NCBI GenBank assembly: GCA_965216465.1
Contig: CBDCFW010000004.1
Location: forward strand, 192,001 to 256,000
Source of the DNA: Bacteroidia bacterium
Lineage (GTDB): Bacteria > Bacteroidota > Bacteroidia > NS11-12g > UBA9320
DNA: 64,000 nt
Direction of reading: 5' to 3'
The position numbers and the translations under genes are program-made. The notes under the pieces are model-generated. The model saw nothing but the letters and a program-made list of their open reading frames with translations. It did no database searches and had not been told where the DNA came from. Positions within the stretch are counted from its first letter, which is position 1, and each line of letters opens with the position of its first letter. Shown one piece after another: positions 30,523 to 40,415 of this stretch.

Positions 30523-31853
30523 TACGCGTACATTAAATAGTAGGTAGCAGCACCTGCGAAATATCCGATTATCGCTAACCAGCTAATTTTCTTTAGGTAC
30601 CAGCCAAAGTCGATTTTTTCGAGACCCATTGCAGCAACTCCCGCAGCTGATCCAATAATCAAAGCACTACCTCCTGTACCAGCACAGTAGGCTAAGAATT
30701 GCCAGAATCTTCCATTTGCAGCAAATACGCCAACCTCTTCAATACCATACATTCCTTGTGCGGCAGCAACAAGAGGTACGTTATCTACAATAGAAGAGAG
30801 CAAACCGATGATAACATTGATGCTATATATGTCGCCTTTAAATACTTCGTCTAAGTATCCAGCCACAGTGTTCAAATGACCAATTTCTTGAAGTGCAGAA
30901 ACAGCTAAAAGAATACCTAGGAAGAATAATACTGATGGAATATCAACTTTTTGAAGAACACCAATTACTGATAATGGATGTTTTTCTTCCTTGTTTTTTG
31001 TACTGTGGATTATTTCCGTAGTAATCCAAAGAACACCCAAACTGAACATCATTCCCATAAAAGGAGGGAGGTGAGTTACCGTTTTAAAAATTGGTACGAA
31101 GATTAATCCCAAGATACCCATGGTGAAAATTAGTCTTCTTTGGAAGGTTGTTGTTGGGTTTAAGTAATGGCTTGCAAAATCTTGTTTACCTGGACGTTCA
31201 ACTTCTCCTTTTCCTTTAATGCTTAATACAATTAATGGAACAATAAGAGCAACTAAACTCGGAACAATTAGGTCAACAATTAACCTTGGAACATCCGGTA
31301 ATTGGCCTTTAATCCATAACATGGTAGTTGTAACGTCACCAATAGGAGACCAAGCTCCACCGGCATTTGCTGCAATTACCACCATACCCACAAACAGCCA
31401 TCTGGTTTCTTTGTCGGCAACCAGCTTTCTTAGTAATGATACCATAACGATAGTGGTAGTAAGGTTATCTAATGCTGCTGATAAGAAGAATGTTAATATG
31501 CAGATAATCCAAAGTAATTTAACCTTATTGGTCGTTTTAATTCTGTCGGTGATTACTGAAAAACCTTCGTGAGCATCTACAAGCTCAACAATGGTCATGG
31601 CTCCCATCAAGAAGAAGAGAATCATGGCAATGTCGTAAAGATGGTGTATCAAACCAGAGCGGTAGCTCAAACTTTCCATTCCATGTTCTATGATGTGAAC
31701 AATGTCGTGGCCACCATTCAGCGTGAATACATAAAGCGTCCAACAAACAACACCTGTTACCAGTGCAGTGGCAGCTTTATCAATTTTTAAGGGATGCTCT
31801 AGTGCGATGGCCGCATATCCTAGAACAAAAACTACAATAATTAAAATCGACAT
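30522..31853 (-). CDS. nhaD: Sodium:proton antiporter NhaD
   Basis: LDNLTTTI, ANAGGAWSPIGDVTT, VDNVPLV, GTGGS..IIGSAAG. Confidence 0.93.
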   Translation of the reverse strand: MSILIIVVFVLGYAAIALEHPLKIDKAATALVTGVVCWTLYVFTLNGGHDIVHIIEHGMESLSYRSGLIHHLYDIAMILFFLMGAMTIVELVDAHEGFSVITDRIKTTNKVKLLWIICILTFFLSAALDNLTTTIVMVSLLRKLVADKETRWLFVGMVVIAANAGGAWSPIGDVTTTMLWIKGQLPDVPRLIVDLIVPSLVALIVPLIVLSIKGKGEVERPGKQDFASHYLNPTTTFQRRLIFTMGILGLIFVPIFKTVTHLPPFMGMMFSLGVLWITTEIIHSTKNKEEKHPLSVIGVLQKVDIPSVLFFLGILLAVSALQEIGHLNTVAGYLDEVFKGDIYSINVIIGLLSSIVDNVPLVAAAQGMYGIEEVGVFAANGRFWQFLAYCAGTGGSALIIGSAAGVAAMGLEKIDFGWYLKKISWLAIIGYFAGAATYYLMYA

Positions 31854-31884
31854 ATCTGTTAATTGGGCGCAAAAAAAATGTTTT

Positions 31885-32322
31885 TTAGCCGCTTATCGCT
31901 GAAAAATGCGGAATTTCTTGTACAATTTGTACACCATCTAGACTACGTGAAATATGGAAATGAACCAATCCGTTGCTCAGCAAAACATGTGGAATGTCTA
32001 AAATGGCAAGGTAGCCCGAAACTTGATTGATGGTGTTTTGGTCAATGTTAACCTTTGGAGCCTTGCATTCAACCAAAAAAAATGGCTTCATATCTCGATC
32101 GTAAACTACAACATCGTAGCGCTTGTTTGAGTTTGGAAGACTTCGTTCTACACTAATTCTTCCCTTCGGGAAATTGTTCTCAATTAGCTGACAAACAACG
32201 TGTTGCCGTACCCACTCTTCAGGAGTTAACACAACATATTTATTTCTTATTCGATCAAATATGTGGTTTTTGTTTTTTTGCGTCTTTATTTGAAAACTGA
32301 AATCAGGGAAGTTTAATTTCAC
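31885..32322 (-). CDS. Stand-alone HsdR N-terminal-like (PD-(D/E)xK) protein
   Basis: LTPEEWVRQ, RYD...LVECKAP, Q...Y, SNG. Confidence 0.85.
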   Translation of the reverse strand: MKLNFPDFSFQIKTQKNKNHIFDRIRNKYVVLTPEEWVRQHVVCQLIENNFPKGRISVERSLPNSNKRYDVVVYDRDMKPFFLVECKAPKVNIDQNTINQVSGYLAILDIPHVLLSNGLVHFHISRSLDGVQIVQEIPHFSAISG

Positions 32323-32334
32323 GAGATTATAATA

Positions 32335-33357
32335 ATGGCCAAAGGTAGCAGTTCATACACTCAATTCAATACTTTAATTGAACAACTCGAGCAAAATATC
32401 GTGCAACCGGTTTATTTGCTTCATGGCGAAGAATACTACTTTTTAGAAAAGCTATTGAATAAAATTGAAGAGGTAACACTCGATGAGGCCACCAAAAGTT
32501 TTAATCATCAGGTTTTTTATGGCAAAGATTCTAACATTCTCGACATCATAAACGTAGCGAGGCGGTATCCAATGATGGCCGATAAGCAATTGGTCGTGCT
32601 TAAAGAGGCACAGCACATTCGCAAGCCCGAACTTATTGTTCCATACCTCGAAAATCCGATTCCAAGTACGGTGCTGGTTTGGTACCACCCCGGAAAGAAA
32701 CTTCCGATGAATCGTAAGCCAGGCACTGCATTTAAGAAATTAACAGCTTTTAATGCGGAACCCATTTCAGAGAAAGAAGTTGTTCCGGTAGTGTCAAAGT
32801 ATATAGCGGATGAGGGTTATGATATTGAGCCCAAGCCATTACATCTTCTGGTAAGCAACAGCAGTGGAAAGTTCTCACTCATCGTAAGTGAATTGGAAAA
32901 AGTATTTTCCAACCTTGAAAAAGGGAATAAGATTAGAGAAGAACACATCCAGAAGTATGTTGGGATTAACAAAGACTACAATATTTTCTCGCTACAAAAA
33001 GCATTGGCACAAAAGAACAAAGTAGGGGTTGTAGAGATTATGAACTACTTCGCAAACAACCTCAACAAGAATCCTTTGGTGGTCATAAACGCGTCACTTT
33101 TTAGCTACTTCAAAAAGGTGGCGATCATGCAATCGATGGCTAGAAACACCGATAAAGAGATTATGAGTGCACTTGGAATTCCATTTTTTGCCATCGGAGA
33201 ATACAGGCAAGCCGCTAGTAATTACCGCGGTACGGCAATCAAAGAAGTAATCAACTGCATTAACGATTGCGATCTTAAGTTTAAGGGGATAAAAGAAAAC
33301 ACAGGCGGTGAACGAGAATTGTTTGAAGAAACGATCTTAAAAATACTGTCATTATAG
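32335..33357 (+). CDS. holA: DNA polymerase III delta subunit
   Basis: PVYLLHGEE, ARRYPMM, SELEK, GINKDYNIF. Confidence 0.92.
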   Translation: MAKGSSSYTQFNTLIEQLEQNIVQPVYLLHGEEYYFLEKLLNKIEEVTLDEATKSFNHQVFYGKDSNILDIINVARRYPMMADKQLVVLKEAQHIRKPELIVPYLENPIPSTVLVWYHPGKKLPMNRKPGTAFKKLTAFNAEPISEKEVVPVVSKYIADEGYDIEPKPLHLLVSNSSGKFSLIVSELEKVFSNLEKGNKIREEHIQKYVGINKDYNIFSLQKALAQKNKVGVVEIMNYFANNLNKNPLVVINASLFSYFKKVAIMQSMARNTDKEIMSALGIPFFAIGEYRQAASNYRGTAIKEVINCINDCDLKFKGIKENTGGERELFEETILKILSL

Positions 33358-33428
33358 GGTTGGTTTTCTTTTGCTTCTTCGAAGAAATTGCTATTTTGGT
33401 CGCCGATTTAAACGTAACTTAATATTAC

Positions 33429-35357
33429 ATGAAAAAAACATTACTAATTGCAATTCTGCTTAGCCCCTTCATTATGCAGGCGCAGCAGAACGTAAATTAC
33501 AGCCATCCGGTAGAAACTACTTTGGATGACGACCATAAGGAGTATAGAACTTCTTCTACAATTACTCCAGGTAAGCAAACAACTGAATTTAAAGACAAAG
33601 CTAAAGGTCACCAGTATGTACAAATCGGAGAAACTTACTACGATTTACAATCAAATGGTTCTCCTGGTGCTCGTGTAATTCTTCACGATGATGGTACTAT
33701 CTCTGCAGTTTGGACTACAAGCCCAAACGATGATTCAGGATGGCCATTAAGAGGAGCTGGTTACAATCACTATGACGGTTCTGACTGGGATGGAGTTATC
33801 TCTGACAGAATTGAAGGTGAGCGCGTAGGTTTCCCTAACATTGTACTTTTAGGTAACGGAAAAGAAGCAGTGATTTCTCACCAAGCTAACACAGTTAACT
33901 TAGGTGGTTATTACATTTCTTCAAACTCTGCTGTGGGTGCTACCGATTGGTCAACTAGCGATAGAGTTTTAGATGACGAATCAGAGCCAGGTACAAACTA
34001 TGTTCCTATCTGGAATAGAAGTGGTGCTGACGATGGATACGTTCACTTACTATCTACCTACTGGTTTAGTGAGGCAGCGAACGTACCATATCCAACTAAG
34101 AATGGTGTTAATCAGCCATTAACTTACTCAAGATCTACCGATAACGGTGCTACTTGGGATAAAGTTCATACTATACTTCCAGGCTACGATTCAACGTTCA
34201 CAAGATTCCAAAGAGTTGGTGCATACGCAATCGACGTTAAAGATTCTGTAGTAGCGATAATCTCTGGTGGTCAATACTCTCAAATCGGACTTTGGAAGTC
34301 TACTGACTACGGTGAAACATTTACCTTCACTGCAGTTGATCAATACCCTTCGGGATTTGATGAATTCATTGAGCCAGGTGATACAATTACAACTAACGAC
34401 GGAGCACTTGATGTGTTAATCGACGATAACGATAAAGTTCACGTATTTTATGGCACATGGCCATTCCTTGATGAGGATACAACTGACGGTACCATAACCA
34501 TCTTTACTGCAAGCTCAATGATTGCTCACTGGATGGAAGGAATGACTGAGCCTCAATTCTGTGGTGGTTTGATCGATATGGACCAAAACCCACAATCATT
34601 TGATATTACAAGAGAAACTTGGAACTCATTAGACGCTAACGATATTCCACAGAACAACTTAGGTGCTGCTGCACGTTATGGTTCTTCTTTCTTAGCTACT
34701 CAGCCAAGTTCTTCAATCGATGCTAACGGAAATATTTATTGTGTGTACTCAGCACCTGTTGAAGGAGTTAAAAACTTCTTGAACGTGAACTATAGAGATA
34801 TTCATGTAGTATTCTCTACAGATGGAGGTGTAACATGGGCTCCAACACAAAACTTAACTCAAGATAGAACTACAGAAAATGCCTTCCCAATGGTGGCTAA
34901 AGATGCAGACAACTTCTTACACGTGGTATTCCAACAAGATGAGTGGCCAGGTACTACCTTGTTAAACAACTCTGTTGATGGAACTCACCCGAACGATGTA
35001 AATGCAATTCAATATACCGCAGTTCCTGTTTCTACCATCTTAAACAATGAGATTGGTCAAAACTTACTAGGAGCAGAAAAGGTTGAGAAAGCTGCTGAAG
35101 TATTTGTTGTTAGCCAAAACCAACCAAATCCATTTACAGGAACTTCTGAAGTAATCATTTACCTACAAAGCGGTTCTGAAGTTACGTTAACAGTAACCGA
35201 CATTTTAGGTAATGTAGTTAACCAAGGAAACTTAGGTGTACTAGGTGCAGGAAACCACGCTATCACGATCGATGGTAATGGTCTTTCAAGTGGAATGTAT
35301 TTCTATACATTGTCTACTGTTGATCACCAAGTTACTCGCAAAATGCAAGTTAACTAA
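33429..35357 (+). CDS. T9SS cargo protein with Asp-box (BNR) repeats, probable beta-propeller
   Basis: Signal peptide; STDNGATW, STDYGETF, STDGGVTW; CTD QNQPNPF...LSSGMYFY...RKM. Confidence 0.8.
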   Translation: MKKTLLIAILLSPFIMQAQQNVNYSHPVETTLDDDHKEYRTSSTITPGKQTTEFKDKAKGHQYVQIGETYYDLQSNGSPGARVILHDDGTISAVWTTSPNDDSGWPLRGAGYNHYDGSDWDGVISDRIEGERVGFPNIVLLGNGKEAVISHQANTVNLGGYYISSNSAVGATDWSTSDRVLDDESEPGTNYVPIWNRSGADDGYVHLLSTYWFSEAANVPYPTKNGVNQPLTYSRSTDNGATWDKVHTILPGYDSTFTRFQRVGAYAIDVKDSVVAIISGGQYSQIGLWKSTDYGETFTFTAVDQYPSGFDEFIEPGDTITTNDGALDVLIDDNDKVHVFYGTWPFLDEDTTDGTITIFTASSMIAHWMEGMTEPQFCGGLIDMDQNPQSFDITRETWNSLDANDIPQNNLGAAARYGSSFLATQPSSSIDANGNIYCVYSAPVEGVKNFLNVNYRDIHVVFSTDGGVTWAPTQNLTQDRTTENAFPMVAKDADNFLHVVFQQDEWPGTTLLNNSVDGTHPNDVNAIQYTAVPVSTILNNEIGQNLLGAEKVEKAAEVFVVSQNQPNPFTGTSEVIIYLQSGSEVTLTVTDILGNVVNQGNLGVLGAGNHAITIDGNGLSSGMYFYTLSTVDHQVTRKMQVN

Positions 35358-35374
35358 TTGATAAAAAAGTCTTT

Positions 35375-35410
35375 AAAAATCCGAGGCAGAAATGTCTCGG
35401 ATTTTTTTTT
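35375..35410 (+). terminator. Intrinsic terminator
   Basis: aaaaatccgaggca-gaaa-tgtctcggattttt plus T run. Confidence 0.85.
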
Positions 35411-35418
35411 GAAAAAAA

Positions 35419-35448
35419 TTGATACAATTTAAAAAAGAATTACTTTTG
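35419..35448 (+). promoter_or_regulatory. sigma70 promoter of tRNA-Leu/tig
   Basis: TTG-N19-TACTTTTG. Confidence 0.75.
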
Positions 35449-35470
35449 CAGCCCTTTTGAAGGAAACATT

Positions 35471-35552
35471 GCGGGCGTGGTGAAATTGGTAGACACGCTA
35501 GACTTAGGATCTAGTGCCGCAAGGTGTGAAGGTTCGAGTCCTTTCGCCCGCA
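35471..35552 (+). tRNA. tRNA-Leu (anticodon TAG), CCA not encoded
   Basis: GCGGGCG/CGCCCGC acceptor stem, ctaga-ctTAGga-tctag anticodon arm, long variable arm, GTTCGAGTC T loop. Confidence 0.97.
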
Positions 35553-35565
35553 CAAGTCGAAAATT

Positions 35566-35598
35566 ACAAAGCCCTGGTAAAACAGGGTTTTGTTTTTT
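35566..35598 (+). terminator. Terminator-like hairpin after tRNA-Leu
   Basis: acaaagccctg-gtaaaa-cagggttttgt plus T run. Confidence 0.7.
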
Positions 35599-35649
35599 AA
35601 GACGATTTCTGACCAAGAGGATTTAACATAACATAAAAAGAATAGAACC

Positions 35650-37029
35650 GTGAACGTTACACTCGAGAAAAAAGATGCATTAAACGCTTTAATCACTATT
35701 GAGATTAGCAAAGATGACTATCAGGAAAAACTAGACGCACAGTTTAAAGATTACCGTAAAAAAGCTAAAATTCCAGGTTTTAGACCTGGGCAAGTTCCTC
35801 TAGGAATGGTTAAAAGCATGATCGGTAAAAGTGTACTTTACGAAGAAGTGAACAAGCTTACATCTTCAAGCTTATACGACTACCTTCAAGAAAATAAAAT
35901 TGACATTCTTGGGCAACCAATGGAAAGCGTTGATAAAGAAAGCCAAATCGATTTCGATAGCTATGGTGACTTTGTATTTCATTTTGATATTGGACTTGCA
36001 CCAGAATTCGAATTGAACATCGATACGAAAGACAAGCTAACCCGCTTTGAAGTTGAGATGGACAAAGAAGAAGTTCAAACTGAAATCAAAAACCTAAGAA
36101 GACAAAACGGTAAAATTGAAAACATTGAGAAGTCTGAGACGGACAATGACTCAATTGTGATGTTGATGACCGAATTGGATAAGAAAGGTGGTGAGCATAA
36201 AGATGGAGGCGTTTTCGAACAAGAAGTAACTGTTCTTCCTGAAGTAGTAAAAAGTAAAAAAGTTGTTAAGCAATTAATCGGTGTTTCAGTTGATGATGAA
36301 ATCGATTTAAATGTATTCGACCTTTTCAACGATAACGAAATGGTAATTGCTCACTCTTTGGGAATAGAAAAAGAGGCGGTTGCCGGTTTAAACAAAACGT
36401 TTAAAGGTAAAGTTAAGGAAATCCGTAAGGTGATTCCTGCTGCTTTAGATCAAGCATTTTACGATTTAGTTTTAGGACCAAAAGCTGTAGAAAACCAAGA
36501 AGACTTCGAGCAGAAAATTGAAGAAAACTTGGGACAATACTACGTTGCAGAAGCTGAAAAGCAATTGGAAGCTGAAGTGAATGCAATGCTTGAGAAAAAG
36601 CACCAGTTAGACCTTCCAGATGAGTTCTTGAAACGTTGGTTAACAGAAACCAAGCCAGAAACATACAACACTGAGAATATTGAAGAGTTGTATGGCAATG
36701 AGTCTAAGGTACTTAGAAAGCAATTGATTCGTGAAAAGATTGCTGAACAACAAAATGTAGAGGTTTCTGACGAAGATATCAACCAAACATCTTTTGCCTA
36801 TACTGCTCAAGTGCTAAGACAATATGGAATCAACAACCCTGATCCAGCGATGATCCAAAACTTCGAAGCTAAGAACAGAGAAGATCAAGGATACCTGTTG
36901 AGAATTAGAGATGTTGTCGTTGAGAAGAAGGTTCTTGACAAGGTGAAAGAACTTATCACTATCAAGCCTAAGAAAATCTCAGTAGAGAAATTCTACGACG
37001 AAGTAAAAAAGTTTAGCGAGAAGGCTTAG
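35650..37029 (+). CDS. tig: Trigger factor
   Basis: IPGFRPGQVP ribosome-binding motif; tRNA-Leu-tig-clpP-clpX order. Confidence 0.93.
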   Translation: MNVTLEKKDALNALITIEISKDDYQEKLDAQFKDYRKKAKIPGFRPGQVPLGMVKSMIGKSVLYEEVNKLTSSSLYDYLQENKIDILGQPMESVDKESQIDFDSYGDFVFHFDIGLAPEFELNIDTKDKLTRFEVEMDKEEVQTEIKNLRRQNGKIENIEKSETDNDSIVMLMTELDKKGGEHKDGGVFEQEVTVLPEVVKSKKVVKQLIGVSVDDEIDLNVFDLFNDNEMVIAHSLGIEKEAVAGLNKTFKGKVKEIRKVIPAALDQAFYDLVLGPKAVENQEDFEQKIEENLGQYYVAEAEKQLEAEVNAMLEKKHQLDLPDEFLKRWLTETKPETYNTENIEELYGNESKVLRKQLIREKIAEQQNVEVSDEDINQTSFAYTAQVLRQYGINNPDPAMIQNFEAKNREDQGYLLRIRDVVVEKKVLDKVKELITIKPKKISVEKFYDEVKKFSEKA

Positions 37030-37111
37030 CTTTATTTCTTAGACAGTTGTGTTTACGATGTACATAACTGAACTTATTTCTGATGTAATTGTTTAATTTT
37101 GACCTATAATT

Positions 37112-37792
37112 ATGGATTACGGAAAAGAATTTAGAAACTATGCTATTAAGCATCAAGGAATAAGCAGTCTCAAAGTAGATCACTATATAAGCAGTTCAAT
37201 TGCGACGCCCCAAGACATGACCAGAACCGTTATTGAAGAGCGCCAAATGCCATTTAGAGAAGTTGATGTTTTCTCACGATTGATGGCTGATAGAATTATC
37301 TTCTTGGGAACCGGAATTGATGATTACATCGCTAATGTGATACAAGCTCAGATGCTTTTCTTAGAAAGTACTGACGCTAAAAGAGATATTCAAGTTTATA
37401 TAAACAGTCCTGGTGGTTCGGTGTATGCTGGATTAGGTATTTACGATACCATGCAGTACATCGCTCCTGATGTTGCAACTATTTGTACGGGTATGGCGGC
37501 TAGCATGGGTGCTGTATTAATGTGTGCAGGTGCCAAAGGAAAAAGAACCGCACTTAAGCATAGTAGAGTAATGATTCACCAGCCTTTAGGAGGTGCTCAA
37601 GGTCAGGCAACTGATATGGAGATAACGGTGAAAGAAATATTGAAATTGAAAAGAGAACTTTATGAGATTATCGCTCATCACTCTGGTCAGAAATTGGCTA
37701 AAGTTGAGAAAGATAGCGAAAGAGATTACTGGATGACTTCTACTGAAGCGAAGGCATACGGTATGATCGACGAAGTTCTTGAGAAAAAATAA
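37112..37792 (+). CDS. clpP: ATP-dependent Clp protease proteolytic subunit
   Basis: DVFSRL, YINSPGG, AASMG, MIHQP. Confidence 0.97.
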   Translation: MDYGKEFRNYAIKHQGISSLKVDHYISSSIATPQDMTRTVIEERQMPFREVDVFSRLMADRIIFLGTGIDDYIANVIQAQMLFLESTDAKRDIQVYINSPGGSVYAGLGIYDTMQYIAPDVATICTGMAASMGAVLMCAGAKGKRTALKHSRVMIHQPLGGAQGQATDMEITVKEILKLKRELYEIIAHHSGQKLAKVEKDSERDYWMTSTEAKAYGMIDEVLEKK

Positions 37793-37794
37793 TT

Positions 37795-39003
37795 ATGCAG
37801 TTAACATGTTCATTTTGCGGGCGTAGCAAGGGTGATGTAGGCTTACTGATCTCTGGAATTGATGCACACATCTGTGAAGATTGCATCTTGCAAGGCAATG
37901 AAATTCTTCTTTCTGAAGGAAAAGGAAAAGCAAAAGAAAATGCGTTCGATCTTAAGCTCAAAACACCTAAAGAGGTCAAAGAGAGTTTAGATGAATATGT
38001 AATCGGACAAGACAAGGCCAAAAAAACATTAAGCGTAGCGGTTTACAACCATTATAAACGTTTGACCTATGAAACTTCAAAAGACGAAGTGGAGTTAGAG
38101 AAATCAAATGTTTTGCTTATTGGTGAAACAGGTACAGGGAAGACTTTGCTTGCAAAGACATTGGCTAGAACATTAGAAGTTCCGTTTTGTATAGCAGATG
38201 CAACTGTTTTAACTGAAGCAGGTTATGTAGGAGAAGATGTTGAGTCAATCATTTCGCGATTGTTTCAGGCATCGGATTACGATAAAGCTGCCACGGAAAG
38301 AGGTATTATTTATATCGATGAGATAGACAAGATTGCTCGTAAATCTGACAATCCTTCTATCACTCGCGATGTAAGTGGTGAAGGAGTACAACAAGGCTTA
38401 CTAAAAATTCTTGAAGGCACGGTGGCAAATGTGGCTCCTCAAGGTGGAAGAAAACATCCAGACCAAAAAATGGTTCAGATTGATACATCTAACATTCTTT
38501 TCATATGTGGAGGGGCATTTGACGGTATCGAAAAAATTATTTCAAGAAGAATGCAAGCCAACGCTCTTGGATTTAAAGCTCAGGCGGAAGAAGATATCAC
38601 CGCTGAAGAATGTTTGGAGTATGCAACACCTGCAGACTTAAAACAATTTGGATTAATCCCTGAAATTATTGGTCGTGTTCCAATTCTAACAGCATTAAAA
38701 CCATTAAACGCAGAGACCTTAAAAGCGATTCTTTTGGAACCAAAAAATGCATTGATTCGTCAATACAAAAAACTCTTCGAAATGGAAGGTGTTAAATTGA
38801 CTATTGCCGAGCCCGTAGTTGATTACATTGTGGCCAAAGCAGTTGAGTTTAAACTTGGAGCAAGAGGTTTAAGGTCTATCTGTGAGGCGGTTTTGAGCGA
38901 TTACATGTACGAAACTCCATCCGATGATTCAGTTAAAGAAATTACCATCGGAATTGAAGAAGCTGAAAAAGTGATTGAGAAACTTCGCTTGAAAGCAGCG
39001 TAA
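37795..39003 (+). CDS. clpX: Clp protease ATP-binding subunit ClpX
   Basis: C4 zinc finger, [29 protein letters not shown]. Confidence 0.97.
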   Translation: MQLTCSFCGRSKGDVGLLISGIDAHICEDCILQGNEILLSEGKGKAKENAFDLKLKTPKEVKESLDEYVIGQDKAKKTLSVAVYNHYKRLTYETSKDEVELEKSNVLLIGETGTGKTLLAKTLARTLEVPFCIADATVLTEAGYVGEDVESIISRLFQASDYDKAATERGIIYIDEIDKIARKSDNPSITRDVSGEGVQQGLLKILEGTVANVAPQGGRKHPDQKMVQIDTSNILFICGGAFDGIEKIISRRMQANALGFKAQAEEDITAEECLEYATPADLKQFGLIPEIIGRVPILTALKPLNAETLKAILLEPKNALIRQYKKLFEMEGVKLTIAEPVVDYIVAKAVEFKLGARGLRSICEAVLSDYMYETPSDDSVKEITIGIEEAEKVIEKLRLKAA

Positions 39004-39059
39004 TTATTCTAAAAAATTTCTTGCACATCCTATTATTTTGGCTTGTTTTGAGGTAAGCT

Positions 39060-40415
39060 TTGAGAAATAGATTTACCAAAAACGACCCCAAAGTTATAAA
39101 AGCGTGGACTTTCTATGATTGGGCCAACTCGGTTTATAACTTAATTATTTCGACAGCGATTTTTCCAATTTTCTATGAAGGGATAACGGCTAATAACGGT
39201 AAGCAACAAGTGATTAATGGTGAAACAGTTGATGTTGTTCGCTTCTTTGGTCGAGAGTTTGTCAATACGGAGTTATACTCCTATGTATATTCGGCTTCTT
39301 TTTTCGTAGTTGTGCTTATGGTCCCAATACTTTCAGGCATAGCTGATTATTCGGGAACCAAAAAGCGTTTCTTACAGTTCTTTTGCTATCTGGGTGCACT
39401 TTCTTGCATGTCGCTTTACTTTTTTGACGTAGAAAGGTTAGAACTCAGCATGCTTTCTGTGTTTATGGCGAGTATTGGCTTTTGGGGCAGCTTAGTTTAT
39501 TACAATTCATTTTTGCTAGAAATTGCTGATAAATCACAACACGATAGAATAAGTGCTAAAGGTTTTTCGATGGGTTATATCGGTAGTGTAATTCTGCTGG
39601 TGACAATCTTGGTACTTAGTCAGTTTACTAATATCATGCCGATAAGAGGAGGATTCTTGTTGGTTGGAATTTGGTGGGCGGGCTTTGCTCAATATACTTA
39701 CTATTATCTTCCTGGGAAGTCATATTATCCCAAAAAAGAGAAAAACAGTCACGGCATATTATGGCACGGATACAAAGAGTTACGTAAGGTTTGGAGAGAG
39801 ATTCAAGGCATTAAAAGACTTAAGGCCTTTTTGGCAAGCTATTTCGTATACAACATGGGTGTTCAGACTGTAATGCTTTTGGCTGTATTATTTGCTTCAA
39901 AAGAAATTGATTGGGTTGCTGACTCGCCTATTTGGTGGCAGACCAAAGAAACAGGCCTAATTGTGAGCATTATTTTGATTCAGCTGATTGCTATTGCGGG
40001 TGCCTATGCCATGTCGAATTTATCAAAACGCTTTGGAAACATCAGAACCTTAATGGTTGCCACGCTGATTTGGGTGTTGTGTACAATCATAGCCTACTTC
40101 ATTCATATGCCGCTAGAGTTTTACGGCTTAGCTGTATTGGTGGGATTTGTAATGGGAGGCATTCAGTCGCTCAGTCGTTCAACCTATTCAAAGATGTTGC
40201 CACCAACCGAAGATACCGCTTCATATTTTAGCTTTTATGACGTAATGGAGAAGATTGGTTTAATAATCGGACCGTTCTTATTTGGCTTCTTAGAGGGCAT
40301 TAGCGGAAGCATGAGAACATCTGTTTTGATGTTGATGTCATTCTTTATTTTAGGATTCATTTTGTTGGTAATAACACGCAGAATTCACATTAAGGAAACA
40401 GCCAATGCTGCGTAA
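39060..40415 (+). CDS. MFS transporter (UMF1/Atg22-like)
   Basis: WTFYDWANS, GGIQSLSRS, about 12 TM segments. Confidence 0.88.
   Translation: MRNRFTKNDPKVIKAWTFYDWANSVYNLIISTAIFPIFYEGITANNGKQQVINGETVDVVRFFGREFVNTELYSYVYSASFFVVVLMVPILSGIADYSGTKKRFLQFFCYLGALSCMSLYFFDVERLELSMLSVFMASIGFWGSLVYYNSFLLEIADKSQHDRISAKGFSMGYIGSVILLVTILVLSQFTNIMPIRGGFLLVGIWWAGFAQYTYYYLPGKSYYPKKEKNSHGILWHGYKELRKVWREIQGIKRLKAFLASYFVYNMGVQTVMLLAVLFASKEIDWVADSPIWWQTKETGLIVSIILIQLIAIAGAYAMSNLSKRFGNIRTLMVATLIWVLCTIIAYFIHMPLEFYGLAVLVGFVMGGIQSLSRSTYSKMLPPTEDTASYFSFYDVMEKIGLIIGPFLFGFLEGISGSMRTSVLMLMSFFILGFILLVITRRIHIKETANAA

Noticed and set aside
31885-32322. Type I restriction-modification or defence island
   Set aside because: No methyltransferase, specificity subunit or helicase nearby; flanked by housekeeping genes
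35471-35650. tRNA-Leu as an integration site
   Set aside because: No integrase and no duplicated tRNA 3' end noticed; followed directly by core tig-clpP-clpX
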